Notes under the pieces: model-generated | Seen by the model: the letters and a program-made list of their open reading frames with translations, nothing else | The model's database searches: none | What the model was told of the DNA's origin: nothing | DNA from: Octopus sinensis | Lineage: Eukaryota | Assembly (NCBI RefSeq): GCF_006345805.1 | Contig: NC_042997.1 | Coordinates: forward strand, 102,982,001-103,046,000 | Direction: 5' to 3' | Length of the DNA: 64,000 bases | Shown: piece by piece, positions 15,265 to 28,532 of the stretch | Position numbering within the stretch: position 1 is the first letter of the stretch | Layout of the letters: each line of letters starts with the position of its first letter | Made by a program: the position numbers and the translations under genes

Positions 15265-16580
15265 ATTCCTTTCTACAATAGGTATAAGGCCAGAAATTTC
15301 GGAAGAGGGGGCAAGTCAATAACATTGACTCCAGTATTCAGTTGGTGCTTATTTTAACTACCCCGAAAGGACGAAAGGCGAAGTCGACCCAGGCAGAACT
15401 TAGACTCAGAACGTAAAGACGAACGAAATGCAACTAAGCCTACGATTCTGCTAGCTCGCTGCCTTAGCTGTAACAACAAAATCACCTTTATGGTACACCT
15501 GTTCTGTTGTGCATTAAATTCAACTGATAATCTAGTGATGTGCACAGTTCTTCTATATCAAAATTTTGTTGCATACCCAATTGAATATTAGCTGATGATT
15601 CATTTTCTGTGGTGATGTTTAACAAAATTTTAATATTTTTACCTTTTGCTCAGTTTACCTGGATTTACCTGTAATTAAAGTCACTTTGAGACAAAAGTTA
15701 TGTAAAAGAATTGATTAGGAACCCTTTCTTTAATTATGTTCCAAATATCACATTAAGATGTTGATAAGTAAAAAAGTTACAGTTATTTAATGAAACTAGT
15801 CTAAATTCATGATTATTTTAGAATTTAATTGAAATTCATGAGGAGTGTACTTTGGTCAGAAATATAGTAACGAAAGGGTTAATATAAAATTTCATTTAAA
15901 AAACTCATTTCCCTAACAGTTACTTGGGAAAAACAGATCTTGAGAATTTTCTGCTAACAATCCTTTCTACTATAGACACAAAGCCTGACATTCTGGGGAA
16001 AGAGACTAGTCGATTTCAATGAACCCCAGTACTTAACTGGTACTTATTTTATCAACTCTGAAACTCGGTAGGATTTGAACTCAGAACCTAGAGACAAACG
16101 AAATGCCGCTAAGCATTTTGTCCGGCGTGCGAACGATTCTCCCAGCATGCCGCCTTACATAGCCTTCTAATATTCCTTTCCACTATAGGCATAAGGGCTT
16201 TAATTTTGAGGGGAGAGACTAGTCGATTACATTCACCTCCAATGCTTCATTTTATCGACCCTCGAAGGATGAAAGGCAAAGTCGAACTCAGCGGAATTTG
16301 AAATCAGAACGTGAAGACAGACAAAAATGTTGCTTACCAATTTGTTCGGCGTCCAACGTGCTAATGATAGTCAGTTAATAATCTTTTCTACTATAGGCAC
16401 AAGTTCTGAAATTTTGGGTGAAGGAATCAGCCGATTACATCGACCCCAGTGCTCAAGTAGTGTTTATTTCATCGACCCCGAAAAGATGAAATGCAAAGTC
16501 CACTTCAGTGGAATTTCAAATCAAAATGTAAAGACGGAGGAAATGGTGGTACTAAACATTTTGTCCGGTTAGATAACGAT
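15265..16580 (-). mobile_element. Cluster of four diverged S4 SINEs
   Basis: Recurrent GAAAGGATGAAAGGCAAAGTCGAC..GGAATTTGAACTCAGAAC blocks near 15360, 16070, 16260, 16480. Confidence 0.8.
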
Positions 16581-17023
16581 AGTCTGTTAATAGTAGTTGT
16601 AGTCCATTACAATGGTGGTACTTAACATTTTGTCCGGTTAGATAACGATAGTCTGTTAATAGTAGTTGTAGTCCATTACAATGGTAGTACTTAACAGTTT
16701 GTCCGGTTAGATAACGATAGTCTGTTGATAATGGTTGTAGTTCATTAGAATGGTGGTACTAAACAGTTTGTCCGGTTAGATAACGATAGTCTGTTAATAA
16801 TGGTTGTAGTCCATTACAATGGCGGTACTTAACATTTTGTCCGGTTAGATAACGATAGTCTGTTAATAGTAATTGTAGTCCATTACAATGGTGGTACTTA
16901 ACAGTTTGTCCGGTTAGATAACGATAGTCTGTTAATAATGGTTGTAGTTCATTAGAATGGTGGTACTAAACAGTTTGTCTGGTTAGATAACGATAGTCTG
17001 TTAATAATGGTTGTAGTTCATTA
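16543..17023. repeat. 69-bp minisatellite, 7 copies
   Basis: Unit starts at 16543, 16612, 16681, 16750, 16819, 16888, 16957. Confidence 0.95.
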
Positions 17024-17269
17024 CTCCGTAATGTGTTAGAGCTGAGCCCCACTGTCGGTGGATAAAAATAAGTGACTTTATTTGTGGTCGAGTTTCTACT
17101 AAAATGATTGCACAAACAATTCACATACATATTTATGAAACAAAAATAAATTTCGAATAATTTGTTGCAGTTGGACATCGTATTTTAAGCACTCAAACAT
17201 GATTTAGATTAATCTCAAGGGAAAGCATCTTCAAATTTCTTCCGGTTAATTACGACTTCCATATCTTTC

Positions 17270-17872
17270 GTATTTGAGTGTTCACATACTTACCTACCTA
17301 CATGCACATATGTATCTACAAATGGTACACATACATGCATATATATGCATACATGTAAATAAATACGAACACACAAACGTACTATATATATGTGTAGGCA
17401 TGTATAAACATGCACACAGACATGCATATACATGCGCATTCATATTCAAATACGAATATATCAATCTATCTATATATTAGACATATATATATATATGTAC
17501 ATGTATAGGTATATTTATATATATGTATGTACATGTATATATGTATATACATGCTCACATATACATATACATACATATTTATATATACATATACATACAT
17601 ATATATACACATATACATACATATATATTTACATATACATACATGCATACACATATACACACATACCTATATACATATACATACATGTATATATACATAT
17701 ACATACATGCATATATACATATACATACATGCATATATACATATGCATATATATATACATATACATAATACATATATGCATACATATATACATACAGCTA
17801 TATACATACATATACATATATACATATACATACATACATGCATATATAAATACACACATACACATATACACA
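17270..17872. repeat. Compound (TA)/(CA)/(CATA) microsatellite
   Basis: Low-complexity YIHT/MYVC ORFs. Confidence 0.9.
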
Positions 17873-19338
17873 GACAGTGGGTGAATGCATTTTTATTTGC
17901 AGAAACTTTAATTTTCTTAATTGCTGATTTTATCGCGAAAACCTGATTAGATTCACTGGTTTAATATAATTGACTCTTTAATGATGTCAACTTGGCGCAC
18001 TTGAACCTTGATTTTTCTGAGTATAGGTCTGATGTTCTTAAAACAATATCAATTATACAAAAAATAATTCCAATAGTACACTAAAGCAAAGCCTCAACGA
18101 TAAGAACAACAGCAACATAAGTAAAGAATCAATGACAGAACTATCGCGCAGTCACTCGACCTGCGAGTTAGAGCAGCTAAACTTTTCTCAAATCATATCC
18201 TACCTTCTTTTTAAGAGGATGTGTTGGACAAAATAGTCCTTGACCTGCTCAATGAGGGCAAATCTAGATCTAAATAACAACAAAACATCATTAAATCCCA
18301 CAGTAAATATAAGGATTCCGAATTGAAAGGTACTGAAATTTTTGTGTGTGAATGTGTGTGGGGTCTAACCCTCAAAACGTAGAGTAACTTAGGACTTATG
18401 TCACAAGTCACAAAAATATTATATTCTTTCAGAACCCATGAAACCAGAGCTAATGAAAAGTCTGAAAAGATACATAGACATTTAGGACAAGCAAACGGCT
18501 AGGCGAAAGAAACCAGAATATTAAAGATAGTGGAGTTTCAGAATCAGTAAATTACTAAATAAATGCATAATGGAATTCACATTTTGCTGACAAGATTTTT
18601 CTCAGCCACAAAACTACGAGAGGGTGCTAAAAAGTACTTGCCTTTAAGGGTGTCGCGAAAGGCCAGGGCTTAGAAAAACTGAAGGACCACTGCAATAAGT
18701 TTGTGAATCTGAGAGGGTAATATGTTGAATAAAATCAACTTCCTGTATTTTCTTTTACCCAAAGTCAGGAACTTTTCAGAATCCCTTCGTACAAGAACGT
18801 AATTTACGCGTTGTCATTATGCGCAAACTGTTTAATGGACTAATCTCGTTCCTTTGGAGCCGATGTAAGAATCTATTATAAACAAACGTAGAATGTTTGG
18901 AAAATGATTTGTTGACAAATATGGTGCAATAATTGCTTGCTTTGAAGAATTAAGTCAACATTATAGGAGCAGGCATGGCTGTGTCGTTAAGAATATCTAA
19001 CAGGTATAGGTATATCTTCGTGGATAAGAAGCTCGCTTTGTTACCATGTGAATATAAGTTCAGTTCCATTGAACCGCAACATTGTAAACGCCTGCTACTA
19101 TGACCGCGGACTGACCAATTCTTTGCGAGCGAATGTCGTGAACGAAAATTCACACGTGGAAGTGCGTCGTATGTATGTATGTATGTATGTATGTATGTAT
19201 GTATGTATGTATGCATGCATTATGTATGCATGTATTATGTATGCATGCATGTATTATGTATGCATGCATGTATGTATGTATGTATGTTTGTATGTATGTA
19301 TGTATGTAGTATGTATGTATGTATGTATGTATGTATGT

Positions 19339-20002
19339 GAAGGTGTGTGGTTTAGTGGTTAGGGTATTCAGTTTATGATCGTAAGGTCGTGAGTTCGATT
19401 CACGGGTGCGCGTTGTGTTCTTGAGCAGGACATATATCACGTTGCTCCGGTCCACACAGCTGGTAAAAACGAATAGCAACTGTATTTCAAAGGGCCATTC
19501 TTGTCACATTCTGTGTCCTGCTTAATCTCTCTGAAAACAGACCAATTGGAACCCTCATCATCCTAATCAGTAATGTATGTATGTATGTATGTATGTATGT
19601 ATGTTGTATGTATGTATGTATGTATGTAGTATGTATGTATGTATGTATGTATGTAGTATGTATGTATGTATGCATGCATTATGTATGCATGTATTATGTA
19701 TGCATGCATGTATGTATGTATGTATGTAATGTATGTATGTATGTATGTTGTATGTATGTATGTATGTGAAGGTGTGTGGTTTAGTGGTTAGGGTATTCAG
19801 TTTATGATCGTAAGGTCGTGAGTTCGATTCACGGGTGCGCGTTGTGTTCTTGAGCAGGACATATATCACGTTGCTCCGGTCCACACAGCTGGTAAAAACG
19901 AATAGCAACTGTATTTCAAAGGGCCATTCTTGTCACATTCTGTGTCCTGCTTAATCTCTCTGAAAACAGACCAATTGGAACCCTCATCATCCTAATCAGT
20001 AA
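19339..20002 (+). mobile_element. Two tandem copies of SINE family S3 (CORE-like), period 429 bp
   Basis: Head GGTTTAGTGGTTAGG..GAGTTCGATTC; TTCTTGAGCAGGAC..GTTGCTCCGGTCCACACAGCTGG; separated by (TATG)n. Confidence 0.85.
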
Positions 20003-20064
20003 TGTATGTATGTATGTAGTATGTATGTATGTATGTATGTATGTATGTATGTATGTATGTATGT

Positions 20065-21388
20065 TTGTCTTTTCTAGTTTTTAATTATTACAAAGCTTCC
20101 ACTGAGGAGGAAGCCGGTTTCCAACAAAGATACAAGGCTCCATCTTTGGAATGTAGTTAATACAGACAAATTCATATTTGGAACTTGAGAAAAGTCTTGC
20201 GTTTTTTTTACTGTTCCACTCACAGATTGGTCAATTTCTCTTTCTGAAAATCTCAGTTTATCCATATTCTCAGTTAAGCATTTACTAACAGAACCTAGTG
20301 CTCCAATTATTATTGGTATGAATATGAATTCATAGTCTGGATATAAAAGCTGGAGATTTCGAAGCAGTTGTCCATATATATACTCTTTTCTCTGATTTTC
20401 AAAGAGATACATCTGCAGGGCAGCTAACCTCTATGATGCCTTTGCCCCTCTGTCTCAAACAACAATATTCGGCATATTATGTTTATATTTGACTGAATTT
20501 TTGATGGGAATATCCCACCAGTATTCCTTGAGTTGGTGTTTATGAATGTAGTCCATAATAGAGGGATTTTCTAAGTTTATTTCAGGATAGTCTCTTTTGC
20601 GGATGGCATTGTAAACTCTTTTAGTAACAACATCGTGCCGCATAGGGAGTTAGTACCGTGACGACATTTTAGGACAACTGCTAATCACATGCGTAATGTC
20701 TTCCACAGGAACATGACATAGCCTACACATGCAGTTGCGCCTTGGAATTACAAAAGCGTCACTGTCTCTCTTGTTCACTAGCACTTTGTGGAAATCTCCT
20801 GTTCCTGGATTGCAAACGCATAACCTTCAAAGTGTGATGTAGTGGTTTTGTATCCAAGAGAGGCTGCACTTCGTATCAATTCTACTGTCTTCTTCAAGCC
20901 TCCGGGCAACATACCCATGCATGGTCTTTTTCGTTTTGCATGCTGAGTACTTTCCATCCAGGTCTTCTCTGAGGTAAGAGAGCCCAGCTATTTTGGGGCT
21001 GTATAGGATATCATAAGAAAGAGAGTGTTTCTTGAGGAGTTACTGCCAACTCGTACAATGCTGCTCACTTCACTTTTCAGCACTGCATTAATGCATTATT
21101 TTTGCTGCTGTTGTTTAGCAGGTGCTGCCTGGGCGATACCATACGGTATTCGAAGGCCGTCTGCACCAATATCAGGCCTCTACCACCTTCATTTTTTGTT
21201 AGGTAGAGCCTGTCAACATCACTGTTTTTATGGAAGTTCCCAGTTGTCAGGATTTTGCGGGTTTTGATATTTACGGAGTGGATTTCCTCTACAGGCCAAT
21301 CAAGTATCCCAAATGTTGGGATCAGTACTAGTACTGTATATGAATTGTGGGATTTTGTTTTGTTGTAAAAAGAGAGTTCCGACTGCCA
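20065..21388 (-). mobile_element. 5'-truncated R4/Dong-like element family B (RT thumb, CCHC, RLE, 3' UTR)
   Basis: SDVDRLYL..GGRGL, SHFEGYAFAIQEQEI, THVISSCP, RHDVV, YWWDIPI, IPIIIGALG; (CATA)n after the 3' end. Confidence 0.85.
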
Positions 21389-21514
21389 TATTTATGTATA
21401 TATATACACATATATGTATATATCTATCTATATATATATATACATACATATACATATATATGTATATATATATATACATATATATATACATTTATATATA
21501 TGTATATATATATA

Positions 21515-21577
<63 letters not shown>

Positions 21578-21667
21578 AGAGGAAAAAATATAATAAGGCA
21601 GAATGCTAAATGTAAAGTAAATTTTAATAAAAATGGGTGTATGAAAAATTAAAAAAGAAAAAATAAT

Positions 21668-21709
21668 AAATCAGGCCAGCTTTCATTGCAAGGCAAATTT
21701 TCAAGATTT
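21668..21709 (-). ncRNA. Hammerhead-like motif with U3-A8 core in a non-coding repeat (21575-21950)
   Basis: AAAUC-UUGAAAA-UUUGC cuu GCAAU-GAAAGCUGGCCU-GAUUU; 5-bp stem I; U16.1 mutated in this copy. Confidence 0.5.
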
Positions 21710-21949
21710 GGAAGGGGAAAAATATTTTTATAAAATAGAGGAAGGGGAAAAAATTTACAATGTTTTTTCAAAAAAAAAATAATAATACATATATACAAAA
21801 ATTAATAAATAAGTATACCTTTACATTGTAGAGTCATTATTCTTTTAGAGTTCAATAATAGTCCTTGGAAAAACTTCTTTGGAGGATTAGGATGAATCTG
21901 TTTAAATGTAGTGTATGTTTTGAAAGAGTGGGATCACCCCACTCTTTCA

Positions 21950-24900
21950 GAAGGGAAGAAAAAAGGTAAATGAGAGCAAGAAAGCAAAAAGATCAGTGAT
22001 GACCACACCACATCTTGAGTGGACCAAAGAAGACGTGAAGCGACGTGGACACACAGAGACACAGAGAAAGCGACGCTGAGTGGACCGAAGACGTAGAGGT
22101 GACCTTGACAAGAGAGGAAAACTGTTTATAAAAGGTGATACAACAGAGGTCAATCAAATAAAATAGTTCGACTTACGATAGCTGAGAGGAGGATTGAAAA
22201 TAATGGCGGCGGACGATATGAAAAGAGGATTGGAGCAACACGAACACACAAAGTCAGAGAGAACGACGTTGCTTGGGCTGAAGAAGACGTGGAGTTGACC
22301 TTGACAGTAAAGCAACACTGTTTTCAATTGTGATAGAACAGGGGTCATTTAAGTAAAAAGTTCGACTTACGATGACTGACAGGTGGATTGAAAAATGGTA
22401 GCGGACGGCATGAACAGAGGAGTGGAGCGATGCGAACACACAGAGACAGAGAGGGAAAAACGATGAAGCACGGAACAATGGCGGCGGACGGCATGAAAAG
22501 AGCCAAATTTACCGAGATACGCCATGGCATCCTGTGCCGTTTATTCATGTATCGAGGTGAGTCAGTGTAGCTTGACGAAAGTATAATATATTGTCCAACG
22601 TTGGTAGTGTCACCTTCACGCTGCAACGCATCCCGTAGACCAGCATAATTAGTAGCTCTCAGCTCGGTTTGATGGGTACGTATGTAGAGAAGACGTTCCA
22701 CCTTAATCTTTGTGTTCGCCAACTTGTAGCCAACTTGTAGCCAGTCTAACCTGTCTTTCTTCCGCAGTTTCGTTAAGGATTGGTTGTTGTCGTCGACTGC
22801 GCTGGGCAGAAAGTCGGGCCTCTCTTGCACCTGGGGTTTCAGTCAGACGTGCAGGTTGGTTTCTATCACGTTGGGCTGAAAGACGGGACTCCTTTGCAGC
22901 TGGAGTCTCCCTCAAGCGTGAGCGTTGGCGCTGAATGTGTCGGGTAGAGAGGCAAGCTTCCGTTGTTTCAGGATTTTCATCTAGACGTAAGTTGTTGGAG
23001 TTATTTCCCTGGTCAGCAAGAGGAACCTCTCTTGCTTCTAGAGTCTCCGACAGAAGAAACACTTGATCAGAAGTAGCCTAATTGTGGCAAAAGTAGAAAT
23101 GACCGATATAGTTAAGATTTTAAACGCAGAAAAAATTAGATTTTGGGGGTCAGACAGAAAATTCAATGAAAAAATAAAGCAGGGTACATAAATGAAATTA
23201 ATTTTGACAAATATATGGCACAATTTTCCCGATATAATAGAATTGTGGATGCATTTTAAATAAATTTTCATAAAGGTTAAAGCTCTGATACCAACCTTTT
23301 TATCAATTTTCTCCAATGTCAGTATAAAAAAATGAATATTCAAAATTTTCCTGATCGACTGTTCAATGTCATTGATGTCGACACGTGCACTGTTTTCCTA
23401 TGACGCTATAAAGCCAATCCGTGTTGTTTAAGAATGCGTTCTTGGGAAGCTGAAGTGTAGCTTATTTTTGAAGAGTTAATAATGTTATTTAATAGCGAAA
23501 TAAGTGAAATAGTGATGCCCAATACAATTAAATGTAACGCCTAACGTAACGCAGTAATAATTGAGAACGTAGTGTTTATGTTTACCGAAAAAAGGAATTG
23601 CCGAATATTTGGGAGCGTAAGAATCAAAATTTAAAGCTTTTATAACATTTAGCACAAATTTTAGGAAATTAAAAACTTTGTCATATAGGTTGCAAATCTT
23701 CTTAAAACTAACCAAATGTAGGTAAGGCTCTCAAAATTTGTTAAAAAGAAAATAATATTCGATATCGGTAAAAAGCGTATGTGAACATCAAGACGTGAGC
23801 GTTTGTTATTGACACCCAGGTCGGCCACGGGGGCCTCCCTTGCCTCTGGAATGTCCCCCAAAAGCAAGTTTTGGTTGTGAGGAGTAGCCAGAGACGTAGC
23901 CTGATTGCAAAAGATATACAGAATAATCAGCCAATGTTCAGAAATTCTACAACGTTGTTACGAAACAAATAGATACAAACGAAAATATGGGGGGCAAGTC
24001 GAAATTTTGGAGAATACGTAGTCTTACCGGCGAAATAGCGGTCTCGCTGATGTGCAAGTTAAATTTTACAGAGTGATAAAGCAGATGTTTAATTTGTAAA
24101 CATGTAAGAATGAACCAGAGCTTATTATCTAACTAACAGTTATGTTTTAAAGCCGAATTAATGTTTATCAATGGAAAAATACCAATAAAGAACGTACCTG
24201 TGCACGCACCTCCTTCCTTCGCAATTTCAGGACTTTATTTCGTTTCTTAGAAAAGACTGAGCGTTTTCGGTTTGGCATATCGTATAACGATACTAAAAAG
24301 GCATGAAAAATAAGGCCTTAAGTTAATATGCTTAACAACTAACAAAAACGTATTGGTTTACATTGGATGAAGTGTCAACCAAAAAGTGGAACGATAATGA
24401 AATTAATAAATATAGCTCATTGAAAAATTAATGTTCAAAGAAGTAGTAAACCATTGTAAATTTTTTGAGAAATCGAGAGGCATTGAATTAAGATGCCTAA
24501 GTAGTAATAGGATAAAAGCAATTCAGCTTTAATAATGGACCAATCTATCCATGCAAATAAGGATAAAGTAAAAATGTAATAGTACGGTATTGTGTAATAC
24601 TATCGACGCATCGTTAATTAAAAAATCGATAAGCATTCTCGGTGAAACGTGAAAAAATCATGCCTGTCGTCTCGTGACACTAAATCGAGAAAATAAAAAT
24701 AAAAATAACCGTAAATTTGATTATTTTTGTACTCATCGGCGGAATTTTTGAACAAATCAAAATCTAAAAAATATATCTCATCATATCCTACAGGGTGGTA
24801 TGATTTTTATGTAGAACAAATCAAAGGTGCAAGCAGCAAAATATCAAACGGTAAAACGACTAAAAATGTAACTTTTTTCGCTTCATGAAATCTTTTCTTT

Positions 24901-25217
24901 TAAACAACAATTTCCACAAAAAATTGACGGACTAATAAACAGAAGAGCCTGTAGATTATGCAAGTGTGCTTTTTATTAAAATCGTCCACAAAACATGACC
25001 TCCACAGCTTTCAGAATTGATCGAAAATGAGTTTTGTTGCCCTAGTAACTAAAGCTTTTAAGATGGAGATTTCTAACATAGTCCAGTCGCTTCCTCGCCT
25101 CACTTTACATGTTTTCGCCGCAATCCGAGCACGCCTAATGCCATTGAACCCTGCATAACCATTAAATAAGACACGCAAACATACATCTTTCGGCCATTTC
25201 ACTTTTATATATAGAGA
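21950..25217 (-). mobile_element. Decayed Helitron A (5' part) with ~195-bp internal tandem repeats
   Basis: Putative 5' end TCTCTATATATAAAA at 25217; coding remnant 22530-23062; ~2.5 diverged repeats at 22030-22520. Confidence 0.7.
22530..23062 (-). pseudogene. Helitron RepHel N-terminal remnant (Helitron_like_N)
   Basis: ETPGAREARLSAQR-type repeats followed by KVERLLYIRTHQTELRATNYAGLRDAL..NVGQYIILSSSYTDSPRYM. Confidence 0.85.
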
Positions 25218-25788
25218 TAAATAGTTAAAGGTATATAAAGATTAATTTGTCTTAACATATATCTCTGTGTTCTTTTCCGATTGAAAATATGTCTTCTCCC
25301 TACCTACTAAATCCTGCAGATTGTGTTTCTTGTTCCACATGACCATTTCTGGTGTTTCTGCTTTTCTATAACGCTCGTTAAGAATGTTAATGTGGAATTA
25401 CAAATTGCTCACAAGTAAATCGTTGGGAGCCATCCACAGCTATTCAAAAAAGGCTTGTTAAAGATAATTCGTTCGAACAGCAGACCATCGCTAGCAAATA
25501 CGTTTCTTTTTTCCTTCCACCCTCCCCACCTCACACATGGATCCGTTTGGCGTTGATGAAACAAAAATGTGCTTATGTGCGAAATTAAAGTGACTATAGA
25601 TCATATACCAATCCTTGGTGCGACAGATAAACCTATTAAAATAACATTCCTTCTAACAGCTAACTATGAATCAGAAAGCGACTTTGAATATATCTCGGGC
25701 ACTCCTCAATACAGAATTTGGACAGCACAGTCTAACAAGAACAAGTCATTTATCATCCGTTTAAACAAACATTTGTCAACAGTATCAA

Positions 25789-26717
25789 TGCATATATGGG
25801 TACAGGACACCAAAATAACGTCGAACACAATGAGAAACGAAAACATAAACACAAAACCAAGGAAATGGACATTTCTTTTAAACAACGAAAAAATAGAGTA
25901 CAGGACATACACAACAAGGAAAATTCCCCTTCTTCAGTCGCCTTAGTTTCATCTACTCCACGTTTCGAAGGTCAAGGCGATACATGACTTCAATAAAACT
26001 TTCCTTCCCGCGAAAATCAAATTAAATAAAAATTTGTGATTTTTTTGCGGAGAGGTAAAAATGGTAACAAAAACAGGACAGTAACGACAGTACAAAATAT
26101 AAACAGTAAAATACAGGACACGGAGAATAACAGTAACACAAACAAGAAGGGCTGTTAAGCCAAACGAGATAAAAAAATTTTTACGAACGCTATTTTTTGA
26201 GAACGGCAGGGAGCAACAGATTTTACCGTCTCTACTTGAAGGAAGCCAGGAGAAGAAAGACAGTGGTAGCCATCTCATCGCGTGACCGCGACGGGAGGGA
26301 GGAGGAGGAGTAAGAGAAAGGGAGAGAAAAAAGGGAATGGTTGTAGAGAAAAGAATGAAGAATGGGAGAGAGAGAGGGGGAGACAGTAAGGTAGAAGAAA
26401 AGGAAAGCCAAAAGAATGAAGACTGAGAAATGGAGGGGGAGAGAAAGGTTAAGAGTGCGCATCATTATTAATATTAAGAACAATCTTACTTAGAAATGGA
26501 TGCGTGCGTTCCGTCATATAATAAATTAATAAATAAAACATATGCATATATACATACATATATGTACGTACCTACCTCTACATGTATATATACATGCATA
26601 TATGGGTACAGGACACCAAAAAACGTCGAACATAATGAGAAACGAAAACATAAACACAAAACCAAGGAAATGGACATTTCTTTTAAACAACGAAAAAACA
26701 GAGTACAGGACATACAA
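25789..26717. mobile_element. Non-coding element with ~125-bp direct terminal repeats
   Basis: GCATATATGGGTACAGGACACCAAAA..GTACAGGACATACA at ~25789-25912 and ~26597-26717; homologs at 44139-44836 and 53470-53893. Confidence 0.7.
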
Positions 26718-26806
26718 AAGGAGAGGAAAAAATTATAAGGCAGAATGCTAAATTGAAAGTAAATTTTAATAAAAATGAGTGTATGAAAAATTAAAAGGGA
26801 AAAAAG

Positions 26807-26848
26807 AAATCAAACCGGCTTTCAAGCAAAGGCAAATTTTCAAGATTT
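26807..26848 (-). ncRNA. Hammerhead-like motif with U3-A8 core (second copy, repeat 26719-26893)
   Basis: AAAUC-UUGAAAA-UUUGC cuuu GCUU-GAAAGCCGGUUU-GAUUU; weak stem II. Confidence 0.5.
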
Positions 26849-26899
26849 GGAAGGGGAAATTTTTTGTTTTTAAATTGAGGAAGGGGAAAAAGTCAAACG

Positions 26900-27080
26900 A
26901 AGTCAATCAACTGGAGGATTTTAATGTTAGCGATGAAACAGACTGGCAAACAAAGAGCTCTCTTAGGCATTTCAGTGTGGAGAATATGAATAGCGGAGGT
27001 ATAATGCTCTTAGACCTTTGTGATGAATATGATCTTAGCATTGCAAGCACTCTTTGCACACAGGTGATGGCACAATAACA
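26900..27080 (+). pseudogene. RTE/CR1-type APE endonuclease remnant
   Basis: LEDFNV..DW..LRHFSVENMNSGGIMLLDLCDEYDLSIAST matches GDFN...NxNGxxLLxxC. Confidence 0.6.
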
Positions 27081-27755
27081 TGAATACACCCGAGAGCTAA
27101 GGTTTGACACTTGGATTATATTACCATCCGCAAACATATCTGATATTTTTAATGCCAAGTCTGTTCATGGATCGGAGTGCTGGAAAGACCACTGAAAATA
27201 CTAATTGATTTGTCCGGAATGCTAACGGGTCTGCCAGCCCGTCGTCCTAAAATTTGAAACCATTATTAAAAACATTAAAAGGGTATTGAGCTTTACTTGG
27301 ATAATCGAAACTTTAAATTGCATTAATTATTGCTTATATATTCAAACTTCGAGAGAGGAAATATGATCTAATCTTACACAAAATAGTGTTTAATCGCGTT
27401 GGCTGAAAAATTCTTTTGTAGAAAAAAATGAAAATAAACATCAAGTTTACCATCAAATATTTCACCTGATGAGAAATCGAAATCCGTCCGCAAACTTTGT
27501 TCAGCAGTAAAGTATTTTAAAATGAGCTTTTGCTTATTAATGTGCGCGCTAGTAGAAATATTATTATTGTCTAAGAATAATCGAATTGCCATACCGAATC
27601 ATTAAATTAAGTTTTACGGTAATCGGAGTACATCAAGAACTCCATTCTCTTTCCTCATTTCTACTGTTTGAAAAATGAAATGCGAGATATTTAATGCCTT
27701 ACAATAAGCATCGTTAAACACAGATTAGGGACTTACAACTCATTATAAGCCTACA

Positions 27756-27801
<46 letters not shown>

Positions 27802-28340
27802 TATATAAGTGAAACGGAAAATATCTGAAACTTTAGTGAATATCGATCGATAGACGATTGTAAATTATTGATGCAGACGTTCCTATAAATAAAAAATGTT
27901 AAAATATATTGTTATATATCATCTGATAAAACTGTTTATTTACTTGAAAAGAATCCCTTCAACTGAAATTAACTTGATGGTTTTCCAATCTAACCTATCA
28001 TTTTTTTACAGAAAACAGAAGCAACACGAAATTCCCTTCAGAGCTCATTCTTTAGATGGTTAAGGAAGATATTTCTATCAGCGGGCACATTAAGTAGCAA
28101 CAAGATCATTTTGAAATACTTTTCTGTTGTAGAGAGTCTGCGAGCCGATTTCGATTTTTCATTGTCGTTATTATATTATGCTAACGGCGATAGTAATTTT
28201 GAAATACGCGAAAATGACTTATAATTTGTCTATACACAGAAAAGAAAATCGATATGTATGTCTCATGTTTATACGTATATATGCATGTATATATGTATGT
28301 AACCCTGCAAATATATATATGTATGCGTGTATATTATGTA

Positions 28341-28383
<43 letters not shown>

Positions 28384-28417
28384 TATATATATAATATATA
28401 TATATACATATATATAC

Positions 28418-28448
<31 letters not shown>

Positions 28449-28468
28449 CATACATACATACATATATG

Positions 28469-28532
<64 letters not shown>

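Noticed and set aside
16543-17023. CRISPR-like regular array
   Set aside because: Contiguous tandem units with no unique spacers, derived from a SINE; no cas genes; eukaryotic context.
25925-25975. Circularly permuted (type II) hammerhead reading, also at ~44275 and ~53850
   Set aside because: GAAAC and CUGANGA are present in permuted order, but no stem I forms and stem III is only 2 bp.
27225-27242. ACGGG/CCCGT hairpin as a Helitron 3' end
   Set aside because: No CTRR terminus at the expected distance on either strand.
27466-27490. CUGAUGA..GAAA..GUC motif
   Set aside because: No stem I, a minimal stem II, and not conserved in the inverted paralog.
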